From positions 62,230 to 126,229 of the forward strand of contig JAXHNJ010000002.1 of the NCBI GenBank assembly GCA_034520665.1: DNA of 64,000 bases, read 5' to 3'. How positions within the stretch are numbered: the stretch's first letter is position 1; each line of letters opens with the position of its first letter. Below, piece after piece: positions 28,101 through 37,449 of the stretch. The notes below the pieces were generated by a model, which did no database searches, was not told where the DNA came from, and saw nothing but the letters and a program-made list of their open reading frames with translations. This stretch comes from Patescibacteria group bacterium. GTDB taxonomy: Bacteria > Patescibacteriota > Patescibacteriia > JAXHNJ01. Position numbers and translations under genes: made by a program.

Positions 28101-28584
28101 CCGTAATAACAAGCCTATGCTTTTTGTCCGCTTAGAAGACACCTCAGCTGGTATTGAAGTCTTGGTTTTTCCACGTTTGCTGGAAAAAAATCCTGTCCTT
28201 TGGCAAGAAGATAGAATCCTGATTATTAAAGGTAAAATTTCGGATAAGGAGGAAGCTATTAAATTACTAGCTGATAAAGCCTATATCTTTGAAGAAGAAA
28301 AAATAGAAGAGATAAAAAAAGAAATGGGAGAGATTAATAACAATAATAACAAGAAAAAAATATTCTTCAGAGTACAAAATAATAATTTTAAAAAAGATAC
28401 CTTTGACCGCCTAAAAAATATTATTACTTCATCTCCCGGTCAAATAAAAGTCTATCTGGTAGTTAGCAAAAACAACAAGCAAAAACCAAAGATAATTGCC
28501 ACAAATTATTATATCAATTATAATCAAAATATAGCCCATAAAATAGAAATGCTTTTAGGACCTGATAATATTAAAATTAAATAA
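25117..28584 (+). CDS. dnaE: DNA polymerase III alpha subunit
   Basis: 1155 aa. PHP domain start (HLHVHSHYSLLDG), polymerase core motifs (GPGRGSAAGS, FERFLNPER...PDID.DF), OB-fold tail. Confidence 0.9.
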   Translation: MNFAHLHVHSHYSLLDGLSKIDELIKKAKEYKMKSLALTDHGVMYGTIEFYQKAKKAGLKPIIGLEAYLAPHSLKNKRPGLDERPYHLVLLAKNKEGYQNLIKLTSIAHLEGFYYKPRIDIETLKKYSSGLVGMSACLQGEIPRLIISKKYKKAEEAAKKYHQIFRQKDFYLEIQHHPNTPHQKEVNKKIIEISKKHNIPLVATSDIHYTNPEDAAVQDILLCIQMKKKLEDENRMSMLDEDFSMTPPEKMKEYFKKTPEAIENTVQIAEKCQLEIELGKIKLPNYKVPKNSSPEEYLEELCQKGLKEKFNNITEEIKERLEYELSIIKKTGFATYFLIVQDFVNWAKDNEIVVGPGRGSAAGSLVSYLLNITNIDPLKYNLLFERFLNPERISMPDIDMDFADTRRDEVLRYVEEKYGKDHVSQIITFGTMAARAAVRDVGRVMNLSYSYCDKIAKLIPMNMKLEEAIDKIAELKQVYQSDSQGKKLLDNAKKLEGVARHSSTHACGVLITPERLEKYVPVQYAAPHDPTIISQYSLHPIEDLGLLKMDFLGLKNLTIIETTLDIVEGITEQKINIEKLPLSDKETFKLLQSGRTTGVFQLESTGMRRYLKQLKPTELEDIIAMVSLYRPGPMEWIPKYIAGKHGHMNPQYLHPKLKPILKRTYGVAIYQEQIMQIARDLAGFTLGEADVLRKAVGKKIPKLLKEQKEKFIQGCIKNNIPKDTAKKVFAFIEPFAGYGFNRAHAACYAMIAYQTAYLKAHYPQAFMAALLTSDLNNTDRIAIEVEECKQIDLEVLPPDVNESFSTFSVILDQKTKKPTNRIRFGLPAIKNVGTNLVKNIIKERKESGTYKNLEDFLSRVVTKDLNKKSLESLIKCGALDKFGKRKQMLDNINHLLKFAKNAKQEARLKQSNIFGMMPTQNAPKLKLKKTEAVKKSQRLSWEKELLGLYISEHPMQEYENKIKNLVTPIRKLQTHSRSSEVCIGGIITKIQKVITRNNKPMLFVRLEDTSAGIEVLVFPRLLEKNPVLWQEDRILIIKGKISDKEEAIKLLADKAYIFEEEKIEEIKKEMGEINNNNNKKKIFFRVQNNNFKKDTFDRLKNIITSSPGQIKVYLVVSKNNKQKPKIIATNYYINYNQNIAHKIEMLLGPDNIKIK

Positions 28585-29744
28585 TGACTAAAAAAAATAA
28601 GAAGAATAAAATTAGTAAAAGATACCGCAAAATAATTTATATTTTTATTATTTTGGCCATTTTGCTTTTTGCTTTTATTATCTACTACTCTTTCTCCCGG
28701 ACAAATATTTATATTACTCCTAAAATAAAAAATGAAGAAGAATATTTTTCGGCAGTTATTTATGAAAATGACAATAAAGAAAACAAATCACTAGAAAATT
28801 ATATACCCGGAGTAATTTTAGAAAAAGAAATTCAAAACAGTCTAAAAGTAACTGACCTAGGAGAGCCTGAAGAAATACCAGCACAAGCTCAAGGAGAAGT
28901 CACTATTTATAATGAATGGAATCAGACCCAGCCCTTAGCAGCTACCACTCGCTTCCTCTCTGAGAAAGGCCTTCTTTTTCGTACTAAACAAAGAGTAGAC
29001 GTACCACCTGGCAGTTCTGTAAAAGTCGAAATTTATGCTGATAAAAAAGGATCGAGCGGTAATATTGAGCCTTCAAAATTTACTATTCCCGGACTTTCCT
29101 CTCAAATGCAAGAATTAGTCTGGGCTGAAAGCCAAGAAGCTATGACTGGTGGCACCAAAAAAGTTAACCAGGTCACTTCTAATCTTGTTTTAGAAAAACA
29201 AAAAGAAATGATAGAACAAATCAAGCAGGAAAATTTAAATGATTTAAAAAAGAAAATTAATGATATTAATCCTTTATATAGTCTTTCAGAAAATCAGATA
29301 AAATATCAGATTTTAGAAAAAAATATTGAGCCAGAAGTGGGCCGCCAGGCTGAAGAATTTAATATAAACCTAAAAGTAAAATTAATTGCTTTGGCTTTTT
29401 CTAAAGATAATCTAAAAAAAACTGCTCGCGAAAAAATATCTGAAAATTTAAAATCTGACCACCAGATTAAAGAAAACTCATTTGATCTTGAATACCAATT
29501 TGACACTTTTAATCTGGAAAATCAAACCGCTCAACTCAAAGTAACAGCTAAAGCCAGCTCACATCTTAAACTTTCCAGTGCCATATTTAACCGCGATAAT
29601 TTAACTAATAAAGACCGTCAACAAATAAGAAGTTATTTTCTTGATCATAAAGACATCAGTGAAGTAACGGTAAAGTTCTCCCCTTTCTGGGTTTTTCAGT
29701 CTCCTTCCATGAAGGATCACATTGAAATAAGACTTAATCTTTAA
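28584..29744 (+). CDS. Hypothetical membrane-anchored protein
   Basis: 386 aa. N-terminal TM helix. ATGA-coupled to dnaE. Confidence 0.35.
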   Translation: MTKKNKKNKISKRYRKIIYIFIILAILLFAFIIYYSFSRTNIYITPKIKNEEEYFSAVIYENDNKENKSLENYIPGVILEKEIQNSLKVTDLGEPEEIPAQAQGEVTIYNEWNQTQPLAATTRFLSEKGLLFRTKQRVDVPPGSSVKVEIYADKKGSSGNIEPSKFTIPGLSSQMQELVWAESQEAMTGGTKKVNQVTSNLVLEKQKEMIEQIKQENLNDLKKKINDINPLYSLSENQIKYQILEKNIEPEVGRQAEEFNINLKVKLIALAFSKDNLKKTAREKISENLKSDHQIKENSFDLEYQFDTFNLENQTAQLKVTAKASSHLKLSSAIFNRDNLTNKDRQQIRSYFLDHKDISEVTVKFSPFWVFQSPSMKDHIEIRLNL

Positions 29745-29849
29745 ATTTGACCTTTTTTTAAGAATATTCTATGCTTATTAATACCTTTTTAGTGATTGGA
29801 ATAACTACCAATTATTCATCTCTTAAACTAAAAAAGAGATCGCCAAAAA

Positions 29850-30012
29850 ACGCTAAGCTAAAAAGATAAATTTAATAAAATAAGATGTCTCTAAATAAAG
29901 AGGAAATTGGGTGGAACCGCCCGCAGGCCCTGAGTTTATCGAAGGGCCAAGAGCTCGCAAAGAGCCAAAGAAGGGTCCCAAAACTGGCAAAAAAGTCTTG
30001 GGATTTTTAATT
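29850..30012 (+). promoter_or_regulatory. T-box riboswitch leader of thrS (T-box motif AAATTGGGTGGAACCGCC at 29905..29925; terminator hairpin + T-run 29973..30010)
   Basis: Close match to the T-box consensus AAUUAGGGUGGNACCGCG. It is followed by a TCCCAA...TTGGGA hairpin and TTTTT directly upstream of thrS. Confidence 0.5.
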
Positions 30013-30043
30013 TAAGTGAATTAAATTAATTAACTTAAAAATT

Positions 30044-31774
30044 ATGGCACAAAAACTACATAAAATCAGACACTCCCTAAGCCACATTATGGCTATGGCT
30101 GTTAAAGAACTTTTTCCGGAAGCTAAACTAGCTATTGGCCCGGTGATTGAAGACGGTTTTTATTATGATTTTGAAGTTAGTCAAAATTTCACTCCTGAAG
30201 ATTTACCAAAAATAGAGAAAAAAATGAAAAAAATTATTAAGCAAAATATATCTTTTGAAAAAATAGAAATACCCTATGAAAAAGCCAAGAAAAAAGTATC
30301 AGATCAGCCCTATAAAAAAGAATTACTAGAAGAAATTACCAAAAAGGGAGAAAAAATCACTTTTTATAAAAGCAGTTCCTTTACTGATCTTTGTGCTGGC
30401 CCACATGTTAAATTAAGTAAAGAAATAAAAGCTGACGCTTTTAAATTAACTAAAGTAGCCGGGGCTTATTGGCGCGGTGACGAAAAAAATAAGATGCTAC
30501 AGAGAATTTACGGAGTGGCTTTTACCACTAAAAAAGAGTTGGCTAAATACTTAAAACAAAAAAAAGAAGCTAGGAAAAGAGATCACCGTAAATTAGGCCA
30601 GGAATTAGAATTATTTGCTTTTCATGAAGTCTCACCAGGCGCCCCTTTTTGGCTGCCAAAAGGTATGATTATTTTTCGAGAATTAGAAAAACTCTGGCGC
30701 CAAATTCATGACCAAGCCGGCTATCAAGAAACCTCTACTCCTATACTCAATCATAAATCTCTTTGGGTAAAATCAGGTCACTGGCAGCATTATAAGGATA
30801 ATATGTTTAATCTAAAAATTGATGATGAGATTTATTCTCTAAAACCCATGAACTGCCCCGGTTCAACTTACATTTATAACACTAAGAAAAGATCTTACCG
30901 TGATTTACCTTTGCGTTATTCAGAAATCGGTCGCCTTCACCGGAACGAAGTCAAAGGGGCTTTGGGTGGTCTTTTTCGAGTACGTCAGATTACAATGGAC
31001 GACGCCCATATTTACTGCCTAAAGAAACAAATTCAATCAGAAATAGGTCGGCTTTTGAAATTAATAAAAAAATTCTATAAAATATTCGGCTTTAGTCCAA
31101 ATTTTGTCCTGGCTACCCGCCCAGAAAAATTTATGGGTGAAACTGAAGACTGGGACCAGGCGGAAAAAGACCTTAAAAAAGCTTTGGAAAATAATAAAAT
31201 TGATTATCAACTTTCAAAAAAAGACGGCGCTTTTTATGGTCCGAAAATTGATATACATATTGATGATACTTTGGGTCGTACCTGGCAAATGGCCACTATC
31301 CAGCTAGATTTCCAAATACCTAAAAGATTTAACTTAGTTTATACTGATAAAAAAGGCCTTGAAAAAGTTGTTACCTTGATACACCGAGCCATCTTCGGTT
31401 CGTTTGAAAGATTTTTTGGTATATTAGTTGAGCACTACGCCGGTGCTTTTCCTATTTGGCTCTCCCCTGTTCAAATTCAGATAGTACCGGTTGGTTCAAG
31501 CCATATATCTTTTTCAAAAAAGTTAGCTCAAAAATTCAAAGACGAAAATATTCGAGTTGATGTTGATACTGCCAATGAAACTGTTGGTAATAAAATCAGA
31601 AAAGCGATCAAACAAAAAGTGCCTTATATGCTGGTCATCGGTGATAAAGAAATGAATTCAGATAAACTATCTGTTAGAATACGTAGTGAAAAAGATCTTT
31701 GGAATGTTAAAAAAGAAGATTTTATCAAAAAAGTTCAAGATAAAATTACTAATCGTATAGTAAAATTAAAGTAA
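30044..31774 (+). CDS. thrS: Threonyl-tRNA synthetase (short form lacking N-terminal TGS domain)
   Basis: 576 aa. Class II aaRS motifs and ThrRS-specific blocks (RDHRKLG, HRNE, FRVRQ..DDAHI). C-terminal anticodon-binding domain. Confidence 0.85.
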   Translation: MAQKLHKIRHSLSHIMAMAVKELFPEAKLAIGPVIEDGFYYDFEVSQNFTPEDLPKIEKKMKKIIKQNISFEKIEIPYEKAKKKVSDQPYKKELLEEITKKGEKITFYKSSSFTDLCAGPHVKLSKEIKADAFKLTKVAGAYWRGDEKNKMLQRIYGVAFTTKKELAKYLKQKKEARKRDHRKLGQELELFAFHEVSPGAPFWLPKGMIIFRELEKLWRQIHDQAGYQETSTPILNHKSLWVKSGHWQHYKDNMFNLKIDDEIYSLKPMNCPGSTYIYNTKKRSYRDLPLRYSEIGRLHRNEVKGALGGLFRVRQITMDDAHIYCLKKQIQSEIGRLLKLIKKFYKIFGFSPNFVLATRPEKFMGETEDWDQAEKDLKKALENNKIDYQLSKKDGAFYGPKIDIHIDDTLGRTWQMATIQLDFQIPKRFNLVYTDKKGLEKVVTLIHRAIFGSFERFFGILVEHYAGAFPIWLSPVQIQIVPVGSSHISFSKKLAQKFKDENIRVDVDTANETVGNKIRKAIKQKVPYMLVIGDKEMNSDKLSVRIRSEKDLWNVKKEDFIKKVQDKITNRIVKLK

Positions 31775-31778
31775 ATAT

Positions 31779-34763
31779 ATGTTTTTATCAAAAAAATTTT
31801 TAGCGTTAATTATCTTTATTCTTATATCTAGCCCTATTTTAGCTACTAATGATAATAATATTTTTTCTTCTGATTTTACAAATCCAAAAGAAGAACTATT
31901 AACAGGAACAGCTAATCCTGCCGCTACATACTGCGAATCATTAGGATATTCTTATGAAATCAGAGGTTCAGAAGGATTCTGCATATTTGAAGATGGAGAA
32001 TGCCCTGAATGGGATTTTTATTCAGGAGAATGCGGTGTTGAACATAATTACTGCAGCCAGAACGGATATGAAACCTTAACTAAAGATGATGGTGATGTTT
32101 TTTCTAAAGACTACTCTGTTTGTATTAAAGATGGAAAAGAGATAGGAACTGTAGTCAAGTTGGCCAATATTGAAGAAAAATCCATCAAGTCAGAAGTTAT
32201 AATCCCTTTAGACACTTCACATACAACATATACATCTACTACAGCGCCTTCCAGTTTTGACTGGAGGAACTACAATGGATACAATTGGATAACTCCTGTC
32301 AAGAACCAGGCAAACTGCGGAAGCTGCTGGGCATTTGCAGCAGTAGGTTTAACTGAGGCCATGCACAACATAGTGAAAAACAATCCTAATCTTGACCTGG
32401 ACCTTTCAGAAGAAGAGCTTGTATCGGACTGTTTTGGTGGTCCTGACCGCGACTGCTGCGGCGGTCCAATGGGATCAGCAGTGCAATATATCATCGATTC
32501 AGGAATCAGTTCAGAATCATGCAAGCCCTATATCTCAAACACATGTAGTTGTGGTGGTGGTTCATGCAGTTCTTGCGCCTATCCTTCAATATGCAGCAAC
32601 AGCATATGCAGCAGATGTCTTGATGAGCTTACATATCTGGATGAGAGATCATATATTTCAGATAATCCTGCTGTTATAAAAGAAGAAATTTCTACAAGAG
32701 GACCCTTAGCAACATCGATTGGCATGGTTGGTGGTTTTGATGCTAACGACATTTACCGTTGTGATGATGATTCAAAACTGGGCCACGCAGTTGTAATTGT
32801 AGGATATGATGATGCTGACGGTTATTGGATTGTAAAGAATTCTTGGGGCAGTACTTGGGGACCTGCTAACGATGGTTATTTCAAAGTAGGCTATGGAGAA
32901 TGCGGCATAGAAAGGTTCCCTATGTATGCAGACACAAATAACATATGCGGCCAAATACTGACTGAGGATATAACCCTTACAAAAGACATCTCCTGCAATG
33001 ATCAGGTATTCAGAATAGGAGCAGATGACGTTACGATAGACTGTGATGGACATGAGATAAAACACGATGGTACTGGTTACAGCCTATACTCAAATGGTTA
33101 TTCAGGCCTTACTATTAAAAACTGTGATCTAGATGTCAGCACTGTAGGCATTTCGTTAGGTTCAGGACTTGAAATATCAAATAATAATATTTATAATGGA
33201 GTTTTAGAAGTCGACTCGTTAGATAATGCTGTTTTGAAAAACAATCTAGTTAGAGATGAAGTAAGATTTGTAAACAATGCTCATTCTGTTGTAGAAAACA
33301 ATGAGTTCAGCTTTTTTGAACCTGATGAATTGGCTCTCTTGTTGGAAGATTCTGATCATTCAGTTGTTTCGGGCAATACCTTTTTTGGAACTGGCAATTT
33401 GATAAGTTTAAAGGGAAGTGATTATCTAGTAAAAGAAAATGAATTTTACTACGCAAACACAGCAATTGAGATGGAGAATGTTTTATATTCAAACATTATA
33501 ACCAACACAATAGATGCTGATCACCCAATAAACATCGGTTCAGGAAATAACAACTACATCTATGGAAATACTTTCTCCTCAGGTAATTGTATAGATGATG
33601 GAACAAACTACTGGAATTCAAGTCTTCAAGGTAACTGGTGGTACGACTTTGAATCCAATCCAGGCTATCCTTACCAATACACTATTAGTGGAACAGGAGG
33701 CTCTGCTGATTATCTTCCAAACGGAGGCGATATTGACGGAGACGGCATTATCAACCTAGAAGATAACTGTCCTATTGATTACAATCCTGCACAAAAAGAT
33801 GTTGATCAGGATGGAGAGGGAAATGTGTGCGACCCTCTGCAGTGTGGGGATCATATTTATGAAGATTATATAATGGAAGAGGATATATTGAACTGTCCAT
33901 CTGATGCGGCTTTGACAATAGAAACGTCCAGCATAACATTTGACTGTGCAGGACATACTATTGATGGTGATTCTTCAGAAAAAGGAATCTGGATACGAAA
34001 TTGTGAAGAAGTTGCTGTAAAGAACTGTGTGTTAGCAGGATTCGAGTATGGGATAGAGTCTTCTGACAGTATAGATATTGAATTATCAGAAAATGATGTT
34101 TCAATGAGTACAAAGGGAATAGAACTGAATAACACAGAAGCCGAAGTATGGAACAACTATCTGCATGAAAACTCTTATTATGGAATCCGGTTGTATCTTA
34201 GTGATGCATACGTCCATGATAATGAGATAATGCAGAACGTGGTGGGCGTTTTAATTATGATAAACCATGATTCTTTGATTTCGGATAACATCATAAGTAA
34301 GAATTCACAGGGAATGCATCTTGAGCGCAGCTCTAACAACGAGATCTATAACAATACCATAAATGAGAACTCACAATATGGTGTTTATATTAAGGATTCC
34401 AACGATAATCTGTTTTGGAGTAATATTTTTGATAATGCTGTGAACGTGTTCCATAAGGATGATTCATCTAATAATATTTGGAATTCTTCTATAGGCAATT
34501 GGTGGGGTGATTTTGAAAGCAATCCAGGCTATCCGGAATATTATAATGTTTATGGCGATGATGTTGACTACAAACCAATGTATGATGGAGATCTTGACGG
34601 TTATTGGACCTGGGAAGACTGCGATGATTCCAACTCAAATGTCAACCCCGGGATGGAAGAGAACTGCTCTACTAGTTATGATGATAATTGCGATGGAATA
34701 ATAAATGAAGGATGTAGTTATCCAAAAATAATACTAAGACCATTTAAAGAAATTAGTAAATAA
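31779..34763 (+). CDS. Large secreted multidomain protein: DUF333-like Cys-rich N-domain + papain-like C1 cysteine peptidase + parallel beta-helix repeats + thrombospondin type-3 Ca-binding repeats
   Basis: 994 aa. Signal peptide. NPAATYCESLGY...EGFCIFEDGECPEW (DUF333-like). NQANCGSCWAFAAVGLTE with downstream His/Asn-Trp (C1A peptidase). Repeated N..I.N beta-helix turns. DIDGDGIINLEDNCPIDYNPAQKDVDQDGEGNVCD (TSP3-like). Confidence 0.55.
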   Translation: MFLSKKFLALIIFILISSPILATNDNNIFSSDFTNPKEELLTGTANPAATYCESLGYSYEIRGSEGFCIFEDGECPEWDFYSGECGVEHNYCSQNGYETLTKDDGDVFSKDYSVCIKDGKEIGTVVKLANIEEKSIKSEVIIPLDTSHTTYTSTTAPSSFDWRNYNGYNWITPVKNQANCGSCWAFAAVGLTEAMHNIVKNNPNLDLDLSEEELVSDCFGGPDRDCCGGPMGSAVQYIIDSGISSESCKPYISNTCSCGGGSCSSCAYPSICSNSICSRCLDELTYLDERSYISDNPAVIKEEISTRGPLATSIGMVGGFDANDIYRCDDDSKLGHAVVIVGYDDADGYWIVKNSWGSTWGPANDGYFKVGYGECGIERFPMYADTNNICGQILTEDITLTKDISCNDQVFRIGADDVTIDCDGHEIKHDGTGYSLYSNGYSGLTIKNCDLDVSTVGISLGSGLEISNNNIYNGVLEVDSLDNAVLKNNLVRDEVRFVNNAHSVVENNEFSFFEPDELALLLEDSDHSVVSGNTFFGTGNLISLKGSDYLVKENEFYYANTAIEMENVLYSNIITNTIDADHPINIGSGNNNYIYGNTFSSGNCIDDGTNYWNSSLQGNWWYDFESNPGYPYQYTISGTGGSADYLPNGGDIDGDGIINLEDNCPIDYNPAQKDVDQDGEGNVCDPLQCGDHIYEDYIMEEDILNCPSDAALTIETSSITFDCAGHTIDGDSSEKGIWIRNCEEVAVKNCVLAGFEYGIESSDSIDIELSENDVSMSTKGIELNNTEAEVWNNYLHENSYYGIRLYLSDAYVHDNEIMQNVVGVLIMINHDSLISDNIISKNSQGMHLERSSNNEIYNNTINENSQYGVYIKDSNDNLFWSNIFDNAVNVFHKDDSSNNIWNSSIGNWWGDFESNPGYPEYYNVYGDDVDYKPMYDGDLDGYWTWEDCDDSNSNVNPGMEENCSTSYDDNCDGIINEGCSYPKIILRPFKEISK

Positions 34764-34840
34764 ATAAATTAAAACAAAAAATAATTAAAAAAACAGGTAT
34801 CTTATATCTAAAAATGCCTGTTTTTTTTATCCCTTATATA

Positions 34841-35359
34841 TTATCCGATTAGACGCCAAATTATTAAAAAAGCTAATATTAGGCTACTGATCATATATTC
34901 AGTATAACTGGTATTGGGTAACCAACCTTTAAATTTTAACTTTTTAGTGAAAGGTGCCAAAGGATATTTATTAAAACGCATAACTGCATCCATTAAAAAA
35001 TGAATAAATAAGAATAAAACCGGTATGTAATTATTAATTATTAAAGAAAGGCCTAATATTAATAAAATGCCAGTTGGCTCCTGTATCCAGGAACGAGGCT
35101 CAGAAATAGCTGATCTTTTTTTATTAAATTTGTCTAAAAAAATAACCAGGCGATGGGGCAAAAATTTTTCTAACCAGTGCCGCTTTTTCCAATGATGATA
35201 ACTTAATTTAATATCCTCAATAAAATATTTCAACTGAGTGACAATATGATCAATATCAATACCCCAGCCAAAAAGATGAGCTAGTAAATAATCAGATCCG
35301 CTTAATTTTAGAATACGGCATAAAATTTCGGTAACCGCTATGTGACTGGTAATTAACAT
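34841..35359 (-). CDS. Membrane-bound metal-dependent hydrolase-like protein (DUF457/YdjM-like)
   Basis: 172 aa. Hydrophobic with conserved His residues near the N-terminus (SHIAVTE...HLFGWGIDIDH). Confidence 0.35.
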   Translation of the reverse strand: MLITSHIAVTEILCRILKLSGSDYLLAHLFGWGIDIDHIVTQLKYFIEDIKLSYHHWKKRHWLEKFLPHRLVIFLDKFNKKRSAISEPRSWIQEPTGILLILGLSLIINNYIPVLFLFIHFLMDAVMRFNKYPLAPFTKKLKFKGWLPNTSYTEYMISSLILAFLIIWRLIG

Positions 35360-35431
35360 ATATAATATTTTAACAGAAAAATTATATTTTGGCTAATTGA
35401 CTATTAATAGTAAAGCCGTTAAAATTTACTT

Positions 35432-36718
35432 ATGAAGTATTACTTTTTTATTCTTGGCTGTCAGATGAATACAGCCGATGCAGAAAGAATAGCCGCTCTT
35501 TTGGATTCTTTTGGTTTTGACCAAACTAAAAAAGAAAAAGAAGCTGATATCATCATTACTCTAGCCTGTTCGGTCCGTCAAAAACCTATTGACCGTATTT
35601 ACGGAAAAATAAATAAATGGAATAAAGAAAAAAAGAAAAGAAAAATTCTGACTATTTTAACCGGCTGTCTGCTAACCCAAGATAAAAAGAAATTGAAAAA
35701 TAAATTTGATATTATTTTTCATATTGAAAATTTATCAAAACTACCTCATTTAATAAAGCCTTTTTTATTATCTCGTTTTAATATACCAGCTCCTAAAATT
35801 GATTACTTAGATTTTCCCATAAAACCAATCTCTAAAGCCACCGCCTATATTCCTATCATGACTGGTTGTAATAATCACTGCACTTACTGTGTAGTCCCCT
35901 TTACCCGCGGTCCAGAAAGATCAAGAAAAAAAGAAAATATTATTAAAGAAATAAAATACCGCTTAAAAAAAGGGGCTAAGGATATTGTTCTAGTCGGACA
36001 AAACGTAAATTCCTTTAATCATAAAAAAGGTAAAGTCTACACAGATAATAAGCCTTTTATTAATCTTCTAAAAGAAGTAAATAAAATAAAAGGAGATTTT
36101 TGGCTACATTTTATTTCTAACCACCCTAAAGATATGACTCCTGACTTAATAAGAGCCATAACTAAAATAAAAAAAATTCCCCCTTATCTTCATCTTCCTT
36201 TTCAGTCAGGTGACAATCAAATATTAAAAAAAATGAACCGTCATTATACAAAAGAAGAATATTTGAAATTAGTTGATTTTATTAAAAAAACTATACCCCA
36301 GGTAGCAATTACCACAGATATTATTGTGGGCTTTCCCGGAGAAACTAAACAAGCTTTTCAAAATACGGTCAAGGTAGTAAAAAAATCACAATTTGATATG
36401 GCTTATATTTCACAATATTCTGAAAGATCAGGGACAGCCGCCGCTAAACTTAAAGATAATATATCAAAAAAAGAAAAGAAAAAACGCGAGCAAAGACTAA
36501 CCAAATTAATCGAAAAATCATCATTAAAAAATAATAAAAAACTAAGCGGCCAAAAATTAAAAGTTTTAGTCAGCGGACAAAAAGGAGATTATACTTTTGG
36601 ACGTACTAATACCTGGAAGGTAGTAAAATTTAAAGGCAAAAAAAATCTCATCGGCAAATTTGTTTATGTAAAAATTACTCAAGCTAAACCCTGGAAACTA
36701 GAAGGTAAAATAAAATAA
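35432..36718 (+). CDS. miaB: Radical-SAM methylthiotransferase, MiaB family
   Basis: 428 aa. UPF0004 N-domain Cys triad (GCQMN...LACSVR...GCL). Radical SAM CNNHCTYC. C-terminal TRAM domain. miaA is adjacent. Confidence 0.7.
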   Translation: MKYYFFILGCQMNTADAERIAALLDSFGFDQTKKEKEADIIITLACSVRQKPIDRIYGKINKWNKEKKKRKILTILTGCLLTQDKKKLKNKFDIIFHIENLSKLPHLIKPFLLSRFNIPAPKIDYLDFPIKPISKATAYIPIMTGCNNHCTYCVVPFTRGPERSRKKENIIKEIKYRLKKGAKDIVLVGQNVNSFNHKKGKVYTDNKPFINLLKEVNKIKGDFWLHFISNHPKDMTPDLIRAITKIKKIPPYLHLPFQSGDNQILKKMNRHYTKEEYLKLVDFIKKTIPQVAITTDIIVGFPGETKQAFQNTVKVVKKSQFDMAYISQYSERSGTAAAKLKDNISKKEKKKREQRLTKLIEKSSLKNNKKLSGQKLKVLVSGQKGDYTFGRTNTWKVVKFKGKKNLIGKFVYVKITQAKPWKLEGKIK

Positions 36719-36743
36719 GCCCGTCTTTTATAAAAACGGGCTT

Positions 36744-37385
36744 TTAATCAAAACGTCCTTTTATAAAATGATTGTCCCGAATAGCATGATTTAGCCAGCC
36801 AATCAAAAAATAAAGAGTAAAACCTCCTATAATAAACAAAGAAATTTGAAAAGAAGAAATATCACGGGCAAAAGGAATCATAATCTTTAACCGATAGTAA
36901 AGTAAAATTTCAAATAAAAGTTTCAACTCAACCGCGCCAATAACCACATAAATACCGTTTTTTAAGCCGCCCACGCGAACAGCAATAACCGAACCAGTAC
37001 GGAATAATGGTAAGGGAACCATAGAGGCCAAAGCCAAGCCAGTATAACCAATGGCTTCAAATAATTTAATGGCTATTTTGATTACTCGGTCAATTCTCTG
37101 CTGGTTTTTCTTTTTTAAATGCTGGCGATAAGAATTAAAACTTTTGTAAAGAAATTTCTTCTGCAGCCAAATGATTAGAAAACGGGGGAAATGAAATTTT
37201 CTTTGCATAAACTTACGTCCAGTCAGCCAATATATACTCAAACTAGTAAAAAGCATGCCCAAAGTCAGAATTAAAAATGTACCCATTAATGAATAACCGG
37301 CTGAATGCAAATAAATAATTCCCGCTTCATAACGAAAAACAATTAATACCAATAAATTCAAAAATTCAATTAGACTCTCTAACAT
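36744..37385 (-). CDS. Hypothetical polytopic membrane protein
   Basis: 213 aa. About 5 TM helices. No recognisable motif. Confidence 0.3.
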   Translation of the reverse strand: MLESLIEFLNLLVLIVFRYEAGIIYLHSAGYSLMGTFLILTLGMLFTSLSIYWLTGRKFMQRKFHFPRFLIIWLQKKFLYKSFNSYRQHLKKKNQQRIDRVIKIAIKLFEAIGYTGLALASMVPLPLFRTGSVIAVRVGGLKNGIYVVIGAVELKLLFEILLYYRLKIMIPFARDISSFQISLFIIGGFTLYFLIGWLNHAIRDNHFIKGRFD

Positions 37386-37449
37386 TATATTCTCCTTTTT
37401 TATAAAGAACTAAATCAAAGATATTTTACCTTAACCAATATCCCATCAG

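Noticed and set aside
32270-34701. Internal and antisense ORFs within the 994-aa secreted protein gene
   Set aside because: Embedded in a continuous 2985-nt ORF with clear domain signatures. Spurious.
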